Shown here piece after piece: positions 13,052 through 27,990 of a stretch of DNA of 64,000 nt. The notes below the pieces were generated by a model, which did no database searches, had not been told where the DNA came from, and saw only the letters and a list, made by a program, of their open reading frames with translations. Position numbers and translations under genes: made by a program. The stretch is from Octopus vulgaris (taxonomy: Eukaryota). Within the stretch, counting starts at the first letter, position 1. The number at the start of each line of letters is the position of its first letter. The stretch is from contig OX597842.1 of the NCBI GenBank assembly GCA_951406725.2, positions 9,610,001 through 9,674,000 on the forward strand. The letters run 5' to 3'.

Positions 13052-16000
13052 CATACATATATTTATACATATAATATATGCACATGTATGTACACACACA
13101 CACATATTATCGTCATTGTTATGAATTTTTTTTATGCCCACTTTTAATGCTTACATGGGTCAAGTGGAAATTCATTAAGGTAGATTTTCTACAGTTGGAT
13201 GCCCTTCCTGTCAGCAACCCTCCCCTGTTTCTGAGCAAGGTTAATATTTCCCCCCATGGACAGAATATTGGAGATGAATGATTGCTTATGACTGACAATT
13301 ATGGGATATCGAGACAAGGAGACACAAGCAAACACACACGTGTACATGCACATAAATACATATACAGTAGGCTTCTTTCAGTTTCCATGTACCAGATGCA
13401 TTCACAAATCCACTCATTGAAATCTCAAGTCTATGAGATAATGGATGATTAATTTAAAACAATGGGAATAAATAAGCATTACATTTGAGAGAATAATCTG
13501 AATGATTGAGGGTTAAACTGGCCATATCTAGCTCAAATATTCTCTTGTGAAGGCACATGGCCTAGTGGTTAGAGCAGCGGACTCGTGGTTGAGGGATCAC
13601 AGGTTCGAATCTCAGACCAGGCGATGTGTGTGTTTATGAGTGAAACACGGTTCTGGCAGAAGGTAATGGCGAAACTTCTGCTGACTCTTTTGCCACAACT
13701 TTCTCTCACTCTTTCCTCCTGCATCTTGCAGCTCACCTGCGACGGACTGGCGTCCCGTCCAGGTGGGGAACCTATACGCCAAGGAAACCGGGAAACCGGC
13801 CCTTATGAGCCAGGGATGGCTCGAGAAGGAACAAACAACAAACAAATATTCTCTTCTATGTTTAAACTGATCAGATCTGGCTTCTAATACCTATCCTAAA
13901 ATGTCATTGTGAAAACAAGCACTCAATCTAAAAGCTGTGAGATAAAGCAGGATTAATTCAAAACAATGTGGATTAATAAGCATTACATTTGACAGAGTAA
14001 CATCATCATCATCGTTTAATATCTGTTTTCCATGCTCGCATGGGTTGGACAGTTCGACTGGGGTCTGGGAAGCCAGGAGGCTGCACCAGGCTCCTTTCTG
14101 ATCTGGCAGAGTTTCTACAACTGGATGCATTTCCTAACGCCAACCACTCCGTGAGTGTAGTGAGTGATTTTTACGTGCCACCAGCACAGGTGCCAGGGGA
14201 GGCTGGCAACAGCCACAATCAGTTGGTGCTTTTTATGTGCCACCAGCATGGAAACCATGCATCGGCTACGTTCAGATGGTGCGTTTTACGTGCCACCAGC
14301 ACAGGTGTCACAACTACAATTTCCATTTGATTTGTATTTTGATGTTGATGTACTTGACTCAGTAGGTCTCCTCAAGCACAGCAGGTCACCCTACAATCCA
14401 AGGTAAGCACAGTAGGCCGTCCTGCGATCCAAGGTACTTTGGATAGGCTGGGGCTGCTATGTGAAGCTGGTGCAGGAAACAGAGCCATAAACTCATGTTA
14501 TTTGACGGGTCAGGTTAAACTGGCCATATCTAGCTGAAATATTCTACCTGCTTTATCTTCAAGCTGACCATGTCATACCTTTCCTTTCGGATGAGAAAAC
14601 CCTTTTCCGTATTGCATTAACTATGGACCCAGGTATTTAAAAACATCCAGGTGTGGTTGTGTGGTGAGAAGACTGCTTTCCAACCATATGGTTTCAGGTT
14701 CAGCCCCACTGCATGACACTTTGGGCAAGTGTCTGTTCCTATAGCCTTGGGCTGACCAAAGCCTTATGAGAGGATTTGGTAGACGGAAACTGAAAGAAGC
14801 CCATTGCATATATATATGTATATATATATATTTATGTGTGAACTGGTTGCCATGGTATTTCTCACCTAGCACACCCCACCATGTCTCCTTGCCCTGCATT
14901 TCTTTTTTCATAACCTTTTAGTATGAATGCACATGGCCTAGTGGTTAGGATGTTATTACTCATCATCTTACCATTGCAGTTTCAATTCCTGGACTGGGTG
15001 ATGCTCCAGACTTGCTCAGTCGTGAATAAGTCACCCTATGACAGAGGCACACTGGTGGCACATTGTGTAATGATCAGAGCGTTTTTTTGACTCACAGTCC
15101 AAAAATAAGGTAAAAGTTACCTTGAGTCAGTGACTCATAAGCGCTAGTTTCCATTGTGTATAAATCCTCCACTTGGATCGGACACATCCACCCCAGGATT
15201 ACTCATTTTTGCCAGGGAAGTATGTTGTTTTCCTGAGCAAAACACTTTATTTCATTATTTTACGTTGCTCCAGCCCACTCGGTTGTGAATAAATTTCAGC
15301 AAGAGCTAACAAGTTAACCCTGTGATGGACTGATATATATAACATAATAAATGTATTGTAGGAAATAATCCTGTTTTAAGTTTCAAATTTAGTTAATGGA
15401 GTTTTTTCTATAAGAAAAATTTTTATTTTATTTATTTTGTAAATAAATATTGTTTAAACTCTATTTGCTTATTTATTTAACTATTATCGTTAACCTGAAG
15501 ATTGACTATAATTTTAAATTGAATTTATTTCAATTGAATTTAAACTTAATTGTAATTCGAATTTAATTGTAGCCATGAAACCTACGTAGTTTTTTTTTAC
15601 TTATTATATATTGATCATTCATTTTTATACTTTTTGAGATCTAGTTATGTTTTATAAAAATATATAATATTTGTTATTTATGTTTTGGTTTATGTCTATC
15701 ACTGAGTTGCATAATAGTGGGTTTTATCTCTAATTTATATTTTATATATATTTATATATATATGAAAGAACTTTTTCTTCACCCATTCCCTTTATGGTCA
15801 TTTCAATATGTGGCTGCGTTGGCGATTTTCTTTTTCCGTCTTCCCTTCCTTGGACCTTTCCTTTTTCTATATATCTGACAAAGGGCTCCGCTTGAAATGT
15901 GAAATCCTCCTTCTTTCTTTCCTTTCCTGACCGTCCAATAACACTGTACTTATTCCACATCCTCGTGTTGTTGTTTTCTCTTTGCTCATGTTTGGATTAA

Positions 16001-16169
16001 CTATATATATATATATATATTTAATAATTGTATTTTTATATATGTAAATCATAATATGTTTTACATGTACGTATATTGTTATAACTGTTTTTTTTAAAAC
16101 AATAGACATAATATAATGTGTAAAAGTTGATGAATACCACCTATTGATCCCCTCCATTTTCTTATTGCC

Positions 16170-16206
<37 letters not shown>

Positions 16207-16370
16207 AGTGCATTTGGCATTAGGAAGGGCATCTGGCTGTAGGAGCCAAGTCAAAATGGACTACAGAACCTGATGTGGTCCCTGACCTTGCCAGTTCCTG
16301 TGAAGCCATCCACCCATGCCAGCATGGAAAACAGATGTTAAATGTTGATGAGGATGATATACATACACAC

Positions 16371-16415
<45 letters not shown>

Positions 16416-16815
16416 ATATGCATATATCTGTCTGTCTATCTATTTATCTATATACATATATATATACACACACGCACACACACAACATACATACACCTTA
16501 AGCAAGTGTCTTCTACTATATTGCTGAGCTGACTAAAGCTTTGTGAGTGGATTTAGTAGACCAAATCTGAAAGAAATGTGTCGTGTGTGTCCACCACCAC
16601 TGCCTGATAACCAGTGTTGGTTTGTTTACATCCCTTATAACGTAGCAGTTTGGCAAAAGAGACCAATAATAGAGAATAGGTCACTAGCTCCTCTGTTGTC
16701 AAATACACATAAATATGTGCATACATCTAGGAGTACACAGTCTCTGTAAACAAAAGTACTGGGTTGATGCAGTAAGCTGTCCAAGAGTCCATAAGTCAGG
16801 GAAAAAATGCACTTG

Positions 16816-17057
16816 TATATCCATTACAGCTGATCTTACGAATTGGTTTTAAACTATAGATTCATTGGAGTGTTAGGTAACAGTCCGATTATGTAACCCT
16901 GCACTCTTCAGAGGTAGCCGTTATGGAATGAAATATAGCGACTGCTCCATAACAGCTACCTCTGATGAGTGCAGAGTTACATAATCGGACTGTTACCTAA
17001 CACTCCATTAAACCCTTAGTGTGAAACCAAATGGTAAGATTGGTCATAATGGATATA
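16816..17057. repeat. Inverted repeat with ~110-bp arms (Penelope-end-like)
   Basis: GGAGTGTTAGGTAACAGTCCGATTATGTAAC / GTTACATAATCGGACTGTTACCTAACACTCC; both arms contain CTGANGA. Confidence 0.8.
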
Positions 17058-17969
17058 TGATACTGTACACTTTGAGATATATATATATATATATATAGTT
17101 ATCAGTGAGTTATAAACAATCCAGGCAAAATACTTTAGAAGCTCTGTGTTAGTACACCAGGATAACGATATTGTTTAAATTAGTAAAGAACTTTGTGTAT
17201 TCTGGTAACAAGGTCTGAGGTTTCTAGTTCACCACCATTCTATATTCTATATCCATGGTTGTGTTGCAGTTATTACACAAGGCAAGGCGTAAATAATGGT
17301 CATTACATGTTTTTTTTTTATTGTGGTAAATTTTCTTTACAGCTGTTTCCCGTAATCATTATAGGTTTGTTATTGATTGCAGCCCCTCAGCTTACCAGCC
17401 CTAATTAAACTGTCCAACCCATGCCAGCATGGACAATGGACGTTAAATGATGATGATGATGAGGTTTATTCAGTTGGCCATTGATTGGCTGAGAAGAAGT
17501 GAACGACCTAGAAGATTAATGCCAGTTTCTTCAGAACCATTTCTGGTTTAAATATATGCACGTACACACACACATGCACACACCTTCATACTTATAGGCA
17601 TTTAACTGATTTTCTGCCCGGACTTCCGCATATGTATGGAAGGTCATGTGGCTTGAACCAGATACTTGAACTGGGTCATATAATTCAGCCAATCAAGTCG
17701 CTTGCTACCATTTACTGCATATGAAGTAAAATTCACTATTTCAAATTCATCCTATCTTATTGTATTTTTAATACTGTGTCTTCCTGTCTGTAAGGTGGAA
17801 GGAATGGCATGATGTTTCGGAATTTGGTTGTCATTTCCGGCATTTTAAATAGCTTCATAGAGACTTCCTCTTTAGCTCACTAAATTTTAATGAAATATTA
17901 AATTTCTTGTGAAGATGCAAGTGGAAATAATTTATGTGTGGGTGGGTGTGTATGTGAGCATCTACTGGA

Positions 17970-18515
<546 letters not shown>

Positions 18516-18635
18516 CCTATATATGTATATTTGGTCTATCTCTATATCTACCTTTCTACATATTTGCATATAAATATACATACACAAATACACATATGCC
18601 TTTTCATATAGGGAGCATATTGTATATACTCATTT

Positions 18636-18687
<52 letters not shown>

Positions 18688-18870
18688 GCACACACACACA
18701 CACACTCCCATATATATACTCTATAGATGCACTGCTTAATCTCAGTACAACAACTTCCATCCGCATCTAAGTTTTCCCATGCACCATATTTGGTCGTCGC
18801 AATCGTTAATGATAATGGTGGTGGTGGTGGTGGTGGTGGTAGTTCAGTAGTGGACGTTGACTGGAATGTA

Positions 18871-19020
18871 CAGCAGTGGTACTGTATGCCCTGTAGTGAT
18901 GGTGGTGGTGGTGGTTGCAGTGGTACTGTATACCCTGTAGTGATGGTGGTGGTGGTGGTTGCAGTGGTACTGTATACCCTGTGGTGGTGGTTGCAGTGGT
19001 ACTGTATACCCTGTAGTGAT
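18871..19020. repeat. Four copies of CAGTGGTACTGTATACCCTGTAGTGAT(GGT)n
   Basis: Direct inspection. Confidence 0.8.
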
Positions 19021-20802
19021 GGGGGTAGTAGTAGTGGTAGTGGCTGTGGTGATAAACGGTTGTAATAGTCATAGTGGTGGTCGTGGATGGGTCTTTTCTT
19101 TTTATCTTATAATCAAGAGAGAAAGCAATTGCCCTACACCCAGTACTAGGTTTCTGAGACTGGTCAGAGAGAGTGGGGTAGAGGGTACCCTGAAATCAGA
19201 ACCTGTCCCAGACACTTATAACGGACTACATTATGTTAGGGGTACTTGGTGATGGTGGTGTCAACACCCAAGTTGTATGTGGTGGTGGTGATGTTGGCAA
19301 TGATGATGGTTGTGGTTATGATGTGTGTGGTGGTGCTGCTGCTGGTAGTAGTAGTTGTGGCTTAGGTACTAGTGTAGAGTGGTGTGATGCTCTAGGTAGT
19401 AGTATGGAGTGGTTGGAGGTGATGAGCTTGTTCAGGTAGTGTGAAATGGTTTTGTTGGTTGTGGTGGTTTGGGTACTAGTGTGATGGTCTAGGTGGTAAT
19501 GGGGGATGTGGTTGTTTGGGTGCCAGTTGCAGGCGTAAAGTACTTCACATAGTTGTGTGAAGTGTTTGGAGTAATTTAGCTGTTCAGGTAGTAGCGTGGA
19601 GTAGTATTGACAATGTGCTGGCTTTGGTAGTAGTGTAGAACAGTTTAAGGGATGTTGTAGTATATGTAGTAGTATAACACTTGTTTTGGTGATGTTATGG
19701 TTTAGGAAGTAGTGTGGCATGGTTTTAGTAATGATGTAGTTTAGGTAGTAGCAGCAGTGGTGTGAAGGTCTAGGTAGTAGCATGGAATGGTTTAAATGGG
19801 ATTGTGGTATGTAGCAGCATAGAAGTGGTTGTGCCAGTGTTGTAGTTTATGTTGTAGTATGGAGTGGTACTGGTGATGTGGTGGTCCAGGTAGTAGCATG
19901 GATTGGTTGTGATTGGTTTGAGTAGTAGTTACAGTGGTGCAATGGTTTGGGTTGTAGTGTGGAGTGGTAATGGTGGTGTAATAGTTTCAGTTGTAGCGCA
20001 GAATGGTATAAATAATGATGTGCGATGGTTTGGGTTGTAGCATGGAGTGTTAATGGCGGCTTGATGGTTTGGGTAGTAGTGTGGGGTAGATTAAATGATG
20101 CTCTAGTGTGTGTAACAGTACACAAGTAGTTTTGGTTTGTGTTGCAGTTGAGATGGTTCAGGTGGTAGTGGTGGTGGTGGTGAGGGTAGTTGTAGTAGTG
20201 GTTATGTTGGTGGTGGTAGGGTAGGTTAGATAACAGGTTGTGTGTAGTTAAAGTGGTTGTGGCGGTAGTGCTCTAGACTTGGTGGTTGTGTATGGTGGTG
20301 GTAGAGGTTGTAGTGGAAGTGGTCCTGTGATCGGGGTAAACAGGCTGTATTGAGGAAGAAGCAGAGGGGAGAGAGAGAAAGACAAAGAAAGGAAGGAAAG
20401 AAAGAGAGAGAGAGAGACAAAGGAAGAAAGAGAGGAAGACAGACAAAGGGACAAAGAGAAAGAGAAAGAAAGGGAGAGACAGAAGAATAGAAATCGTGTA
20501 CACATCTATTTTTGAGTTTTGTGTTATCAGTGTGTATATGTGTATATATCTATGTATGTGCGTTTGTGTGTCTGCGATCAATTTTTTTTTCCGCCCATCC
20601 TACTGCGGTACAGAAATATCTCTCTTCTCTCTCTCTCTCTCTCTCTAGTTTTTCCCAGTTTAAAAATAGCTGCAGTTCTGTTGCTCCGACGACGAAAATG
20701 AATAAATTAATGAATTAACTAACGAATTTATTAGTTATACAGGAAATATATATGTGTGTGTGTGTGTGTGTGTGTAGACACAGACACACACACGTATATC
20801 TC

Positions 20803-21202
20803 TTTCACTTGTTTCAGTCATTTGACTGCGGTCATGCTGGAGCACCACCTTTAGCCGACAGGACTTATTCTTTGGAAGCCTAGTACTTATTCTATCAGTC
20901 TCTTTTGCCGAACTGCTAAGTTACAGGGATGTAACCACACCAACATTGGTTGTCAAGCGATGTTGGGGGGGGGTACAAATACAGACACACACACACACAT
21001 ATATATACACACTCACACACACACACTCACACATATATACGACGGGCTTCTATCAGTTTCCATCTATCAAATCCACTCACGAGGCTTTGGTCAGCCTGAG
21101 GCTATAGTAGAAGACACTTGCCCAAGGTGCCATGCAGTGGGACTGAACCCAGAACCATGTGGTTCGTAAGCAAACTATTTACTACACAGCCACTCCTACA
21201 CC
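20803..21202 (-). mobile_element. SINE family A
   Basis: Reverse complement of the head and tail motifs. Confidence 0.78.
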
Positions 21203-23835
21203 TATTATTATTATTATCATTCAAGGTAGGTTGCTGGCAGGATTGTTATTGAATTGGACAAAAGCTTAGCTGCCTTTCTTCAGGCTTTTTACATTCTGGG
21301 GTCAATGAAATAAATTCCTGTTGAGCACATGGATTGATATAATTGACTAGTTCCCTTCGAGATTTCAGGCCTTCTGCCTATATAGTCCAAAGGATTAGCA
21401 GAATTGTTAGCACACGGGGCAAAAATGTTTGGTGGCGTTTCAGCCATCCTTATATTCAGAGTTCAAATTCCAGCAAGGTTGACTTTGCCTTTCATCATTT
21501 CAGGGTTGATAAAATAAGCACTAGTTATGCATAGGGGTCGATGTAATCAACTAGTCCCACCCCATCTCCCAAAGTTTCAGGCCTTGTACCTAAAACAGAG
21601 AAGATTATTATTATTATTATTATTGAGTGAGAGAGCAGTGCATGCCATCACAGTGACACTGGGGTAAAATATATGAAGCCCAGTATACCCATCATGTTTA
21701 CCCGTCTGATAAGGGTACACTAGGCACATGCATCACAGCCATATGCGTGAGACATGGTAATCTCATATCAAGATAAACAGCACATGGCCTTGCAGGTGGG
21801 ACCCAGTTAGAATTTTCTTCTGGTCGAGTAACCCATCCCGCTCAAAAGGTCCCTGAATAAGGGTTGTTTAAGGATGTTGAACGAAACACCCATGTTTCCA
21901 GAGGTGAATTACTCAAACCACAAAGAATCCCTCTCAAAACATGGCTGTGATGCTCCCCCACTACTTCTGCTCGGGATCAGAGATGCATATATTGTCAGCC
22001 ACTCAGGGACATGCACAACTGGTTAAGGTCAAACAACATTATTATTTATTATTATTATTCAACATTTGGTAGTTTCAGGCAAATTTCTTCATCACCTGCT
22101 GGGGTGTGTACAGCATTATGCCTTTTTTTATTGTTAGAAGGGTGCAAACTCTTCCCGATATTGTATTGCATCAGTTTCTTTTGTTAAGGGGTTTGGCTGG
22201 AGTCTATTGTGTTAGTGTTTGTGTTGTGTGTAATGCAAGTTGTTCTTCTGTTGGTTATTTAGCCTGCTGGTGGTTGTTTATTTTATTGGATATTTGCTAT
22301 TAAGATTATTATTATTGTTTTTGTTGTTATTAAGTGCCAATTCTGTAAAAGGGTTGACTTGTTTGACAATCTACTTACTGAAGAATTTCTGGCCTTGTCA
22401 GATAGTAGTGGTTTTCATATGATGGTGTCTATTCAGGTCAATCTTGATTGCTCAAACCTGCAGTCGAAAGCATCCTATTAATGACAGTGTATCTAGGACT
22501 ACATTTCATGAGTCCTTCCTTTGTTGTAGTTGATGTTGTTGCTGTTTAGCTCTAGGTCAGCCCTGATTGAGCAGACCTATGATCAAAAGTATTCCAGCCT
22601 TGACCATCTCACCGTTTTATACATACAGGCACAGGCATGGTCGTGTGGTAAGAAGCTCGTTTCCCAGCCACACTGTTCCAGGTTCAGTCCCACTGCATGG
22701 CACCTTGGGCAAGTGTCTTATACTATAGCCTTTGGCTGACAAAAGCCTTATGAGTGGATTTGGTAGATGGAAACTGAAAGAAGCCCATTGTGTGTGTGTG
22801 TGTGTCTCTCTATTCTATCACTACTGTAATGGCTTCTGTTCCCCTTGGCATTAAACCACTCATAGACATACTCCAACCTCTGGTTCACATGTGTCCTGTC
22901 TCCTTGAGGGAGATTTGACTGCTATTTCTAATACATTAAGACTATATTTTATTATATGATTTAAGGGAGATTTGGCTGCTATTCTTAATGGAATAAAGAC
23001 TACACTATTTAAGGCATTTAAGACACGGGTGATTTGGGGGAGATTTCGCTGCTATTTCTAGCAGAAATAGTGACCACAAAGAAGCGCCTTTGTTGTTGTT
23101 GGTGGTGGTGGAGGTGATGATGGTGGCAGGGTTGGTGCAGGAATTACGTAGCTTGTGGTATTTTAAGACGAGCTATTAGTAATAGAGAATGTATTTGTTG
23201 GGGACTCTTATTTTGTCGTCGGTCGTTGGCATAGCTGGCTGCTGGCCGAATTATCCCAGGTGATAATTGCACCTTGTGTCACGTTAATTAACGAGCTGCG
23301 TCGTCTATTTTCGTTGTTAATTATATGCACTTGATTTCTTTTTTTTTTCTTATCCTTCGTCTTGTAGTGTAAAGAGAGGTGGGTTGTTTGAGTGTGTGTG
23401 TCTGAGAACACACACACCCAGGTATACATAAAATTCCTGTACAGATATACAACATATATATATATATATACACACGCATCTATACATATATATGCATAAG
23501 TGTTGTGTGATTAATAACTTGGTGTAGAACTCAATATACGTAATCTTAAGAATGGAGTGATAGACGAGTATAGAGCAGTAATAAGAAAATGAGGTTACAA
23601 AGGAATAAATGATTAACTTATGAATTTCATTACCTTACAGCTGTTTCAGATATAAGACGCACCAGGCTCATAGTGCCTGAAAAACAGCTATAAGCTAATG
23701 AGGTTCATAAGATAATCATTTATTCTCTTGTCATCTCATTTTCTTATACATACACTATCTATCTATCTATCTATCTATCCATATATTTATCTATCCATCT
23801 ATGTATGTATGTATCTATCTATCTCATATTCTGAG

Positions 23836-23884
<49 letters not shown>

Positions 23885-24186
23885 ATAATAATAAAATAAA
23901 TGCGACTCCAGGACTTATTCTTTGTAAGCCTAGTACTTATTCTATTGGTCTCTTTTGCCGAACAGCAGCATCAGTTGCCAAGCGATGTGGGGGGGGGGGG
24001 GGGGCAAACACACACACACACATACGTATATACATATATATGACGGGCTTCTTTCAGTTTCCGTCTATCAAATCCACTCACAAGACTTTGGTCGGCCCGG
24101 GGCTATAGCAGAAGACACTTGCCCAAGGTGCCATGCAGTGGGACTGAACCCGGAACCATGTGGTTAGTATGCAATATAAATATATA

Positions 24187-24476
24187 TCACCGTGACCGAC
24201 CTGGCTATCAGATGTTGCTACACATCGTTGGTCACAATGTTCTTTGCATTGTTTTAGCCTTCAAATGAGGCCACCCCGCTGGCTAAGCGAGCAGGCCAAC
24301 AGAAGAAAGAGTGAGAGAAAGTTGTGGTGAAAGAGTACAGCAGGGATCACGCCCCCCCCCCCCGCCGGAGCCTCGTGGAGCTTTAGGTGTTTTCGGTCAA
24401 TAAACACTCACAACGCCCGGTCTGGGAATCGAAACCGCAAGTCCGCTGCCCTAACCACTGGGCCATTGCGCCTCCA
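24187..24476 (-). mobile_element. SINE family C, variant tail (near-identical to 49036-49305)
   Basis: CACCGTGACCGACC...CCCTAACCACTGGGCCATTGCGCCTCC. Confidence 0.78.
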
Positions 24477-25004
24477 CACACACACACACACACACACATA
24501 TATAGATGTAGGTTAACAGACAATGTAGCATTTGACTAGACAAGGATTAATAAAAGAGCTGAGAACAAGTTCAACAATCTATGGTGCTGAGTTCAACTGA
24601 TGTAGATTTAGGCTTCCCAACTACAGAGCTTCTGTTTCGTAGGATCAGTTGATTATCAAAGTAGGTGTGTTCTTACATAACAGCTGCAGAATTGTCAGGA
24701 ATATTGCATGTGTGTAGGTATGCATCTATGTGTGTATATGTGTATGTATAGATAAATATATATGAATCTGTGTATAATACATGTTTGTGTATGTACATAT
24801 GTGTATAGAAATATGTATATGTGTGTGTATGTATATATAAATATAATTGAATATATATATATATGTATAAATATAATTGAACATGCGTATATATGTATGT
24901 ATGTATATATAAATATAATTGAACATGCGTATATATGTATGTATGTATATATAAATATAATTGAACATGCGTATATCTATGTATATGTATACACAAATAT
25001 ATGA

Positions 25005-25036
<32 letters not shown>

Positions 25037-26630
25037 GTGCGTGTATATGTGTATATATATGTGCGTGTATATGTGTATATATATGTGCGTGTATATGTGT
25101 ATATATATGTGCGTGTATATGTGTATATATATGTGCGTGTATATGTGTATATATATGTGCGTGTATATGTGTATATATATGTGCGTGTATATGTGTATAT
25201 ATATGTGCGTGTATATGTGTATATATATATATGTGCGTGTATATGTGTATATATATATATGTGCGTGTATATGTGTATATATATATATGTGCGTGTATAT
25301 GTGTATATATATATATGTGCGTGTATATGTGTGTGTATATATATATATGTGCGTGTATATGTGTATATATATATATATATGTGCGTGTATATGTGTATAT
25401 ATATATATGTGCGTGTATATGTGTATATATATATATGTGTGCGTGTATATGTGTATATATATATATGTGCGTGTATATGTGTGTATATATATATATGTGC
25501 GTGTATATGTGTGTATATATATATATGTGCGTGTATATGTGTATATATATATATATATGTGCGTGTATATGTGTGTATATATATATATATGTGCGTGTAT
25601 ATGTGTGTATATATATATATATGTGCGTGTATATGTGTATATATATATATGTGCGTGTATATGTGTGTATATATATATATGTGCGTGTATATGTGTGTAT
25701 ATATATATATGTACGTGTATATATATATATGTGCGTGTATATGTGTGTATATATATATATGTGCGTGTATATGTGTGTATATATATATATGTGCGTGTAT
25801 ATGTGTGTATATATATATATATGTACGTGTATATATATATATGTGCGTGTATATGTGTGTATATATATATATGTGCGTGTATATGTGTGTATATATATAT
25901 ATATGTGCGTGTATATGTGTGTATATATATATATATGTGCGTGTATATGTGTGTATATATATATATGTGCGTGTATATGTGTGTATATATATATATGTGC
26001 GTGTATATGTGTGTATATATATATATGTGTGTATATATATATATGTGCGTGTATATGTGTGTATATATATATATGTGCGTGTATATGTGTGTATATATAT
26101 ATATGTGCGTGTATATGTGTGTATATATATATATGTGCGTGTATATGTGTATATATATATATGTGCGTGTATATGTGTGTGTATATATATATATATGTGC
26201 GTGTATATGTGTGTGTATATATATATATATGTGCGTGTATATGTGTGTGTATATATATATATGTGCGTGTATATGTGTGTATATATATATATGTGCGTGT
26301 ATATGTGTGTATATATATATATGTGCGTGTATATGTGTGTATATATATATATGTGCGTGTATATGTGTGTATATATATATATGTGCGTGTATATGTGTGT
26401 GTATATATATATATGTATGTATATATGTGTGTATATATATATGTATGTATATATGTGTGTATGTATATATGTGTGTATATATATATGTATGTATATATGT
26501 GTGTATATATATATGTATATATATGTGTGTATATATATATGTATATATATATGTGTGTATATATATATGTATATATATATGTGTGTATATATATGTGTAT
26601 GTATATATGTGTGTGTATATATATGTATAT
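25005..26630. repeat. Compound minisatellite GTGCGTGTATATGTGT(AT)n, ~1.6 kb
   Basis: Direct inspection. Confidence 0.95.
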
Positions 26631-27426
26631 TGTTTTAACGGTTGAACTCAAAGTAGATGAAGACCCTTCAGCCTTTTCTCTCCAAAGAGGTTTTCAACCA
26701 AATGCTTACACGCTGCTACTTTGAGTTCAAGCGTTAATAATGAAACATTTCGTGTCCCTTTGAAGTCTATAAATTCTTATGACGAACAGCTTTGTAGCTA
26801 GTTTTTCTTACGTTTGCATGTGTTTGTGTAAGAAGAAAAAACTCCATAAGTGCTACATTGCTTAGCTGTGAATTCGTTAGAGAAAAATATTGTTGTTTAG
26901 AGGGCATTCCCCTGCTGTTTATCAGTGTAAGCATATTTTATTCAACCAGAAGGCGGCTGTGACCTGATGTTTGCAGCCCGTGTAGAAGACATCACAATTA
27001 CATCTTTTATACTGTCCACCAACATCAACTAATAACCTCATTCTGGTTGAATAAAACTTGGGCAATATTGATAAACAGAACGGTATGCTTGTAAATAACA
27101 GCTTTTTTGTCCTGAAAGTCTGTCAGTGAACCGTTAGCTTATATATTTTTTTAATGTACTTTACTCTTTACCTTGTATTGAGTGTTCAAATTTGTTCAGA
27201 AGAATGATCTATCTATCGGAGCACTGCATCCTTCAAAACTTCCATGCTTCCTGAGATTCGCCAACACTACACTTGATTTTCTCCCCTCCATACACACACA
27301 AGCATGTATCTGACTCATACATTGTTCGCTTTCCAGACATTTATACATTACTGCATGTACTTTATATGCACTTTCTGACAAGTTGTGGTGCACCTGAGCA
27401 CTATACAATAATTTCATTATTATATC

Positions 27427-27559
27427 TAAGTAACCCTTTGTTTTAAATTTTTCCGGGTTCATAGGATTATGCTCAAGGTGGCTTCGCACGTATGAATGAC
27501 AAAGCCACCTTGAGCATGATCCTATGAACCCGGAAAAATTTAAAACAGAGGGTTACTTA
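27427..27559. repeat. Inverted repeat with 58-bp arms and a 17-nt loop
   Basis: The arms differ at only 2 positions. Confidence 0.9.
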
Positions 27560-27929
27560 CTTGCAAATAAATGTGTTAACATGTGACATTATTGACCGAG
27601 GTTACCGTGGTCTTTTTCGTAGGCTTTTCTTTCCACGGATAAACCTTATCTGCTTCCCCCTTTACACTTTACATCATGACATTTCCGTGATACACGATCC
27701 CTATTGATCGTTTTTTTTTCTTTCCCTTTTACGATCCCTTTTGATCGAAAACCTACCCCACTTTTATTTATTTTTCTCCCCAAAAAGAAAAGCTCTACTT
27801 TGTAATCTGTCCCGTCTGCGTGCAGCCCTGTGTGGCTAATGAAGAAACATATCTATCTATCTACCTACACACATATATACATACATGCGCGTGCACACAT
27901 TCATTTATTTCCTTGTGTGTGTATGTATG

Positions 27930-27990
<61 letters not shown>

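Noticed and set aside
24726-26724. Very long ORFs (545-641 aa) on both strands
   Set aside because: Translations of (AT/GT) minisatellite that lacks stop codons; the same applies to ORFs at 1036-1810, 17909-18739, 31914-32864 and 35075-35748.
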